Shown here one piece after another: positions 27,157 to 32,000 of a stretch of 32,000 bases of DNA. Each line of letters begins with the position of its first letter. Positions within the stretch are counted from its first letter, which is position 1. The translations under genes were made by a program, and so were the position numbers. The notes below the pieces were generated by a model. It saw only the letters and a list, made by a program, of their open reading frames with translations, did no database searches and was not told the DNA's origin. Source of the DNA: a virus; IMG/VR virus record IMGVR_UViG_3300045988_181755, positions 12,369 through 44,368 of that record, one strand, 5' to 3'.

Positions 27157-27232
27157 TGGTGCTTCCGGCTGGATTCGAACCAGCTGCACGTGGCTCTTCA
27201 GACCACTGCTCTACCTGTTGAGCTACAGAAGC
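27157..27232 (-). tRNA. tRNA-Phe(GAA)
   Basis: GCTTCTG/CGGAAGC, GTGGT-CTGAAGA-GCCAC, A73 + CCA. Confidence 0.92.
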
Positions 27233-27233
27233 A

Positions 27234-27313
27234 TGGTGACCCGTGTGGGTTTCGAACCCACAATAACCTCCGCCGTGAAAGGGCGGCAACTCTACCAATT
27301 CGTCCAACGGGCC
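27234..27313 (-). tRNA. tRNA-Glu(UUC)
   Basis: GGCCCGT/ACGGGTC, CCGCC-CTTTCAC-GGCGG, GTGGG-TTCGAAA-CCCAC, A73 + CCA. Confidence 0.88.
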
Positions 27314-27342
27314 ATATATAGCCGCAATCCTGCGGCGAGGGT

Positions 27343-27564
27343 TTATGCGATGACAAGGATGTCATCAATTTTCGTATCGAGCATTGCTGCTAATATCACA
27401 AGGTTATCGATGGTGGGAAGCGCTGTTCCGGCTTGCCATTTAGCAACCGCCTGCGGAGATACACCGAGCATGTCTGCCACATCCTTCACCTTGATGCCTG
27501 CTGCCTTTCGCAGGGCCTTGATATTGGCACCTGTCTGCTGGATATCAATAGTAGGAACGTTCAT
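27343..27564 (-). CDS. XRE-family HTH transcriptional regulator
   Basis: IKALRKAAGIKVKDVADMLGVSPQAVAKWQAGTALPTIDNLVILAAML. Confidence 0.9.
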   Translation of the reverse strand: MNVPTIDIQQTGANIKALRKAAGIKVKDVADMLGVSPQAVAKWQAGTALPTIDNLVILAAMLDTKIDDILVIA

Positions 27565-27595
27565 TTTTCTTGCTGCCTTTCTGTATTGCAGGCAA

Positions 27596-27645
27596 CAAAA
27601 AAGCTGCCTGCCGAAATCTCGACAAGCAGCTATGACATGCAGTTA
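27596..27645 (-). terminator. terminator/attenuator-like hairpin upstream of the XRE gene
   Basis: AGCTGCTTGTCGAGATTTCGGCAGGCAGCT-TTTTTG. Confidence 0.65.
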
Positions 27646-27898
27646 TCGCTTAGAAGACGCACCGCATCTGTACATGGTCTGTTTTTGCCTGTCGAGGAGT
27701 ATGAGAAATAAAACTGCGTTCAAAGGACATGAACTCAGAATATTCGTAACTATACTCATACGACATGACATTAACAGTGTTGCACAGCATTTTGGGGTAT
27801 CTCCTTTCGTTTCGTTCTGATATTATTATACCATGTTTTTGCACATCTGCAATCAACTTGTGGTTTAGTTTTTTGGTCTGTATACTCTCCAAAACAAA

Positions 27899-27925
27899 AA
27901 GCCGCCTCTTATGTGAGGACGGCTT
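27899..27925 (-). terminator. intrinsic terminator downstream of tRNAs
   Basis: AGCCGTCCTC..GAGGCGGCT-TTTTG. Confidence 0.75.
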
Positions 27926-27934
27926 TTCTTATTG

Positions 27935-28010
27935 TGGCAGGGGTAACACGACTCGAACATGCAACAAGCGGTTTTGGAGACCGCTGCTCTACCACTTGAG
28001 CTACACCCCT
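27935..28010 (-). tRNA. tRNA-Trp(CCA)
   Basis: AGGGGTG/TACCCCT, GCGGT-CTCCAAA-ACCGC, G73 + CCA. Confidence 0.9.
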
Positions 28011-28017
28011 ATATAGA

Positions 28018-28092
28018 TACTCCAGCTGGGAGTCGAACCCAGAGTAAAACGGGACTTAAAGCCGCCGCGTTTGCCAGTTTCGCCACTGGAGC
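28018..28092 (-). tRNA. tRNA, probably Leu(UAA), atypical
   Basis: GCTCCAG/CTGGAGT, Leu-like TGGCGAAACTGGCAAACGC D-arm, GCGGC-TTTAAGT-CCCGT (C31.C39 mismatch), short variable loop. Confidence 0.7.
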
Positions 28093-28095
28093 ATA

Positions 28096-28171
28096 TGGCG
28101 GGTTGTACAGGGTTTGAACCTGCGGCCCACGGATTAACGGTCCGCCGCTCTGCCTACTGAGCTATACACCC
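28096..28171 (-). tRNA. tRNA-Asn(GUU)-like with imperfect acceptor stem
   Basis: GCTC..GAGC D-arm, GCGGA-CCGTTAA-TCCGT, GCAGG-TTCAAAC-CCTGT, G73 + CCA; acceptor GGGTGTA versus ACAACCC pairs only partly. Confidence 0.75.
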
Positions 28172-28202
28172 ACAAAAGTGGCAGATAATGCTCTGCCGGG
28201 CA

Positions 28203-28278
28203 TGGTGCGCTCGCGGGAAATCGAATCCCGAACACCCCGATTAAAAGTCGGGTACTCTACCGATTGAGTTACGAGCAC
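28203..28278 (-). tRNA. tRNA-Lys(UUU)
   Basis: GTGCTCG/CGAGCGC, CCCGA-CTTTTAA-TCGGG, A73 + CCA. Confidence 0.92.
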
Positions 28279-28358
28279 TTGTCGCGCATCTTCCGTGCCT
28301 TGCTTATGGGAACACAGCTTTGAGGAATCTCACTTCCGATGCGCATGAAAGTGAGCGT

Positions 28359-28432
28359 TGGTCGAGAATGGTCGAGTCGAACAACCGTTGTCAGGGTCAA
28401 AGCCTGATGCCTTACCGTTTGGCGAATCCTCG
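28359..28432 (-). tRNA. tRNA-Gln(UUG)
   Basis: CGAGGAT/ATTCTCG, TCAGG-CTTTGAC-CCTGA, GGTTG-TTCGACT-CGACC, A73 + CCA. Confidence 0.9.
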
Positions 28433-28530
28433 AATATACATTATGTATAATAGCATACACTTTAATAAGCCTGGCTGGAATTCACTCCAGCGGCATTAGA
28501 GTGACCTGATTCTGATTTTCTGCATCAAAA

Positions 28531-28565
28531 AAGCACCCATCAGGCGTTGTGCGTCTGACAGGTGC
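28531..28565 (-). terminator. intrinsic terminator of the small 28.6-28.8 kb transcript
   Basis: AGCACCTGTCAG..CTGATGGGTGCT-TTTTTTG. Confidence 0.75.
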
Positions 28566-28609
28566 TCATATCGTGCAGAGTATGGAAAACAACCGATACT
28601 TGGATGATT

Positions 28610-28729
28610 TTATTCAACCATCACTGCACTATGATTTGCACAAACAGACAACACAAAACAGCCGAAGAGATTCCAATTGCTCCACAGCTTTTGCAATTTA
28701 TTCTGTTTGTTCATCATAGCAGCAAACAT
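28610..28729 (-). CDS. 39-aa small ORF with its own promoter, RBS and terminator
   Basis: MFAAMMNKQNKLQKLWSNWNLFGCFVLSVCANHSAVMVE*; RBS GAAAGGA. Confidence 0.35.
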   Translation of the reverse strand: MFAAMMNKQNKLQKLWSNWNLFGCFVLSVCANHSAVMVE

Positions 28730-28766
28730 CGTGCAATTTTCCTTTCATCAAATTCAGTGTCTATAT

Positions 28767-28795
28767 TATACAATGTGTAGAATACAAAGTCAAGG
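28767..28795 (-). promoter_or_regulatory. near-consensus sigma-A promoter TTGACT-N17-TATAAT
   Basis: CTTGACTTTGTATTCTACACATTGTATAATATAG. Confidence 0.8.
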
Positions 28796-28825
28796 CTTTT
28801 CATAAAAATAATAGCAGGCCCACGC

Positions 28826-29530
28826 TCATTGTTTGTCTAGCTTCCAAGCCACAATCCGCACTATCACATTCGAGAGCAATACGTCCTCATACGAGCACAG
28901 TACGCCTAAAGCGTTAGCCATTCTGGACTCGTAGTCAGCCAAAGCCAGGTCGATGGGCGCGTTGATTTCTGCAGAACCATCCGTTGTTTCCAGAACGGGA
29001 GTCCTCGTGCTTTTCCTTTTGACGCTCCAGTTGTTTGCCAGCAAGTAGTCGTACAGTGCATACGGATTAACTGCGCTTATACCTTCTCTCGATGACAGTA
29101 TCGTATATGCCCGCTTGTATTTTCTGGTTCTTTCCAAGTCCCTTTTAGTTGGAGTGTGAGGGAGCCTGGTTAAGTCCATATTGCTGCGCAGGTCCGAGAG
29201 CTTTACTTTGACAGCAATCGAATTTTGCTGAATATACCAAAGATATTCAGCATACGATATACCCTTGCTATGGGTCAACGCACTCACAGCGTCAGCAACC
29301 TCTTTTGGAAACCCCGTTCTGATGTCTTCTATTGTGACGGACGTATCTTCGACCGTATCATGCAGAAATGCCACGGCCTCGGCTATTGGGTCACCTTTTA
29401 CGCCTTCTGCTACAACCGTAACGTGCGCTTTGAAGTAGTCCTGCCCAGCCTTGTCTTTTTGCCCGGCATGAGCCTTAACAGCACAAGCTCTGGCTTTGGC
29501 AACCATCTCGATGTCAGACTGTTTTGTCAT
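28826..29530 (-). CDS. HD-domain protein, RelA/SpoT hydrolase-like (MESH1-like)
   Basis: ACAVKAHAGQKDKAGQDYFKAHVTVVAE..AVAFLHDTVEDTSVTIEDIRTGFPKEVADAVSALTH..VKLSDLRSNMD: H, HD and D motifs in the expected order. Confidence 0.85.
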   Translation of the reverse strand: MTKQSDIEMVAKARACAVKAHAGQKDKAGQDYFKAHVTVVAEGVKGDPIAEAVAFLHDTVEDTSVTIEDIRTGFPKEVADAVSALTHSKGISYAEYLWYIQQNSIAVKVKLSDLRSNMDLTRLPHTPTKRDLERTRKYKRAYTILSSREGISAVNPYALYDYLLANNWSVKRKSTRTPVLETTDGSAEINAPIDLALADYESRMANALGVLCSYEDVLLSNVIVRIVAWKLDKQ

Positions 29531-29612
29531 GGCGTTTCCTCTTAATCTGCTTTTTCTCTAGTATACATAATCCTATTCGATATAGCAATCTGTTGCCTTG
29601 TATTGCTCACAA

Positions 29613-29639
29613 AAACAAAAAAGCCGGGAAGTCCCGGCA
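29613..29639 (-). terminator. intrinsic terminator after tRNA-Ser(UGA)
   Basis: TTGCCGGGACTTCCCGGCTTTTTTG. Confidence 0.8.
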
Positions 29640-29643
29640 AACA

Positions 29644-29732
29644 TGGCGGCCAGAGTGGGATTCGAACCCACGGACGTTTGCGGCGTCGCTGGTTTTCAAG
29701 ACCAGTTCCTTAAACCACTCGGACATCTGACC
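29644..29732 (-). tRNA. tRNA-Ser(UGA)
   Basis: GGTCAGA/TCTGGCC, CTGGT-CTTGAAA-ACCAG, long variable arm, G73 + CCA. Confidence 0.93.
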
Positions 29733-29814
29733 ATAAAAGGATGGGGCGGGACCGAAATCCCGCCCCACAGCAAGGAGAAAAACTATCGATTACCGTTAGT
29801 TAGAGGATGGCAAA

Positions 29815-30891
29815 TTAGTGGATGCCCAGGGAAGCGGCATAAGCAGCTTCACGAGCGGCAACCTGTGCCTGCAGAGCAGCGATGGAAGCGGCATAAGCGG
29901 CTTCACGCTTTTCAGCAGCAGCCTGAGCTTCAGAGGTAGAAGCGTACTGGGGTTCATTGCCAGCCAGAGTGCCAGCATAACCCTTGACGCCATCAGCGCC
30001 CTTGACAGTCAGGACTTCGTGACCACAATGGTCACAGACGTAAACGTTACCCTTGCGGGTCCAGTTGTGATAGCCACAGCTGGTGCAGACGGTGTACTCA
30101 TTGCCCCAGGTGCCATTGGCAATAGCGGCGGCAATTTCACCGTGCTCAGAGACTTCAACGTTCTTGCGAGGAGCGGTCGGAGTAGTGGTGGTAGTACCGT
30201 TGCCCTTGTTGGAGCCGGTAGAAGTGTTGTCCTTACCGGTGTTGTCCTTATCGGGGGCCACTACGTCGCCCTTATCGTCGGGGTTGGTGACATCGCCCTT
30301 GTCATCGCCCTTGTTGTCATCCTTGCCGTCATCGGGAGTGGATGCAGAAGTGGCTTTCAGGGTCAGGACGTTGTCGTGGATGTCGTCGCCCAGGAAGTAG
30401 AACAGGCGGTCATGGTTCAGGCTCTTGCTGGATGCGGTGTAAGTATCACCGGAATCCGTGGTCCAGGCTTCAACGCTCTGACCATCAACGCTGCCGGGGA
30501 AAGAGGCGGTGTCAGTTTCGGTCAGCACAGTGTTGCCGTCAATCTGATAGTTGATGGTGATGGAACGCGGATTACCTTCGGCCGCATAGCAGGAAGTGAT
30601 GCCTTCAGCGGTGAACCACTGGTCAACTGCATCGTACGGCAGAGTGTCGCCGGGATAGTAGTTGTAGGTGTAGCCGCCGTGGCCCTGCAGGGTAATCCAG
30701 TAACCGTAGTCATACTGGCTTGCCGGGAGCGTCATAGAGCCGCCCGGAGCCAGGTCCTGGGAAGAACCGTTGCTGAAAGAGAAATGATAGGTGTCGCCGG
30801 TGGCTGCGAATGCCGCGACAGGCAGACAAGTTGCCATCATACCGGCTGCTGCAATCCCTGCGATTGCTTTGATGATTTTCTGATTACTCAT
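29815..30891 (-). CDS. secreted protein with Asp/Lys/Thr-rich linker, Cys4 zinc-ribbon-like motif and Ala-rich coiled C-terminus
   Basis: Signal MSNQKIIKAIAGIAAAGMMATCLPVAAFAATG; PDDGKDDNKGDDKGDVTNPDDKGD linker; CTSCGYHNWTRKGNVYVCDHCGHEV; AAAEKREAAYAASIAALQAQVAAREAAYAASLG. Confidence 0.85.
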   Translation of the reverse strand: MSNQKIIKAIAGIAAAGMMATCLPVAAFAATGDTYHFSFSNGSSQDLAPGGSMTLPASQYDYGYWITLQGHGGYTYNYYPGDTLPYDAVDQWFTAEGITSCYAAEGNPRSITINYQIDGNTVLTETDTASFPGSVDGQSVEAWTTDSGDTYTASSKSLNHDRLFYFLGDDIHDNVLTLKATSASTPDDGKDDNKGDDKGDVTNPDDKGDVVAPDKDNTGKDNTSTGSNKGNGTTTTTPTAPRKNVEVSEHGEIAAAIANGTWGNEYTVCTSCGYHNWTRKGNVYVCDHCGHEVLTVKGADGVKGYAGTLAGNEPQYASTSEAQAAAEKREAAYAASIAALQAQVAAREAAYAASLGIH

Positions 30892-31116
30892 ACTGTGTAC
30901 TCCTTTGCTTTTTTGATTTTTTCGTCTATTTATCTGAATTTATTCAGATACCGGTTTGAAAGAAATCAGCCGCAGCTTTGCTGCGTTGCCCACCATCTGC
31001 CACGTGGAGGCTGTTTGCTTGGACGGCTGGCGCGGAGTTACCCGCGCCAAATGGGAAATAAAGAGGTATGAAAGGAAGGATATTACTATGAAACGGATGA
31101 TTTTCACGCTTCACCT

Positions 31117-31449
31117 GTGTCAGCTCAAATGAAGCCATGCGACCAAGATTGGGGAAAGGAAAACCTTGATGTCTCAGGAGCCGTTCCTCTTCCTGAGAAC
31201 AATTGTATTATACCATATATGTGGTATCCGGTCAATGAAAAGACACAATACTTTAGCCGAACCTACCATGGAAACCACAGCGCCACTTTTCGCGTACAGG
31301 TCGGCAATGGAATCTTCCTGCCCCTATGGTTAGTCCTTCCCAAGAAAACGCACCCACTGTGTATGCTTGATTGGCTTGCTGTCGAAAGCACAGTGCTCGT
31401 CATGATAATCCGGCATCAGTTTCCGCTGGAAACACCTCGTACACGCTGA
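31117..31449 (+). CDS. possible hypothetical protein (plus strand)
   Basis: 110 aa open frame with good composition; an RBS-linked short ORF (MKRMIFTLHLCQLK*, ATG near 31088) overlaps its start in another frame. Confidence 0.35.
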   Translation: MSAQMKPCDQDWGKENLDVSGAVPLPENNCIIPYMWYPVNEKTQYFSRTYHGNHSATFRVQVGNGIFLPLWLVLPKKTHPLCMLDWLAVESTVLVMIIRHQFPLETPRTR

Positions 31450-31912
31450 CATACAGCATCCCCGGCTTGTAGTCAGCGTACTCAACCAAGCGTTTTTGGT
31501 CGTATACTTTCACGTCAGAGTTATCGTCCGCTGTGAGCCAAAGATATTTCACATGTTCGGCATAGCGCGGGTCTTCGATACGATAGCTCTGCCCCTCTTT
31601 GATTTTCAAATGACGTGCATTTGCTTGGGCACGCGAAAACTCAACGAATGCGCCGTAGTCGCCAATCACGATTCGGTTATACCCGCTGGCAATGACCGTG
31701 CCGCTTCTGGTTTCGAGTTTGGTCGTATCGCCGGACATATTGCACCATTCCGGCAAAGTTTCTTCAAATTCTGCCCGCACATCCTTGAAAAAGGTACGTG
31801 GGATGGGCTTGTACTTGTATTCGTCGGCAAGCTGCTCTTGATATTTAAGCATCCGAGCGCCGGTTTCCGAGATTTTGTGCTTCATGATTAACTCATCCAC
31901 TTCTTTTCCCAC
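31400..31912 (-). CDS. hypothetical protein
   Basis: 170 aa, overlaps the partial upstream ORF; GTVIASGYNRIVIGDYGAFVEFSRAQANARHLKIKEGQSYR. Confidence 0.7.
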   Translation of the reverse strand: MGKEVDELIMKHKISETGARMLKYQEQLADEYKYKPIPRTFFKDVRAEFEETLPEWCNMSGDTTKLETRSGTVIASGYNRIVIGDYGAFVEFSRAQANARHLKIKEGQSYRIEDPRYAEHVKYLWLTADDNSDVKVYDQKRLVEYADYKPGMLYVSVYEVFPAETDAGLS

Positions 31913-32000
31913 TGGTCGTACTCAGCGACTTCTCGTTTTACGGTTTTGCCGTCTTTCTTATATACAGTGATACGTTGTGCATAGTTCACCGTGTGCTTTT
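31890..32000 (-). CDS. C-terminal end of an ORF truncated by the right window edge
   Basis: Open minus-strand frame ..KHTVNYAQRITVYKKDGKTVKREVAEYDQWEKKWMS*. Confidence 0.5.

Noticed and set aside
27650-27892. 80-aa minus-strand ORF between the XRE gene and the terminator
   Set aside because: No clear RBS or domain; spans AT-rich intergenic sequence. Kept out of the feature list, though a real small gene cannot be excluded.
28018-28092. Possible ochre-suppressor tRNA (reading the loop as CTTTAAG, anticodon UUA)
   Set aside because: That register breaks the anticodon stem; the TTTAAGT loop (UAA anticodon, Leu) pairs much better.
29524-29939. Short plus-strand ORFs with ..AARVGFEPT.. / ..MAARVGFEP.. 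sequences (also 26760-26951, 27218-27820)
   Set aside because: Typical artefacts from translating the antisense of tRNA T-arms.
29818-31071. 417-aa plus-strand ORF, and other long plus-strand ORFs opposite minus genes (2346-3686, 18150-18923, 10952-11632)
   Set aside because: Antisense shadows of convincingly started minus-strand genes.

Overview
The window is almost entirely minus-strand coding and looks like a large phage or phage-like mobile element from a Firmicutes-type host. That assignment is inferred from 12 tRNA genes, NAD-dependent DNA ligase, a secreted tail-lysozyme-like protein, dense small hypothetical genes and strong Shine-Dalgarno sites.

Main points:
(1) There are two divergent IscB-family (OMEGA) RNA-guided nuclease genes. 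One runs off the left edge at 1312 and is absent from the supplied ORF track. The other is at 12867..14264. Each has a structured, putative omegaRNA region immediately upstream. A TnpB N-terminus remnant and IS200/IS605-like hairpins lie next to the second one.
(2) A dispersed family of transcriptional modules shares a promoter TTGCnn-N5-TGCGAN-N5-TANNAT, a 5' leader starting near UUGUACGAUAGAUAYCAU that can fold, and an intrinsic-terminator-like hairpin (GCAGAC...GGGCCTGC-Tn). Several of these hairpins sit directly upstream of the ribosome-binding site of the next gene.
(3) A protein at 24176..25252 has a C-terminal domain resembling the AcrVA2 anti-Cas12a family, and a degenerate copy of its C-terminus lies about 1.3 kb away.
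(4) Other genes include a GHKL-type ATPase, an HD-domain (p)ppGpp-hydrolase-like protein, secreted proteins (InlB/Flg_new-type repeat; zinc-ribbon-like), paralogous small proteins and an ASCH-like protein.

All family calls were made from remembered motifs without database searches.
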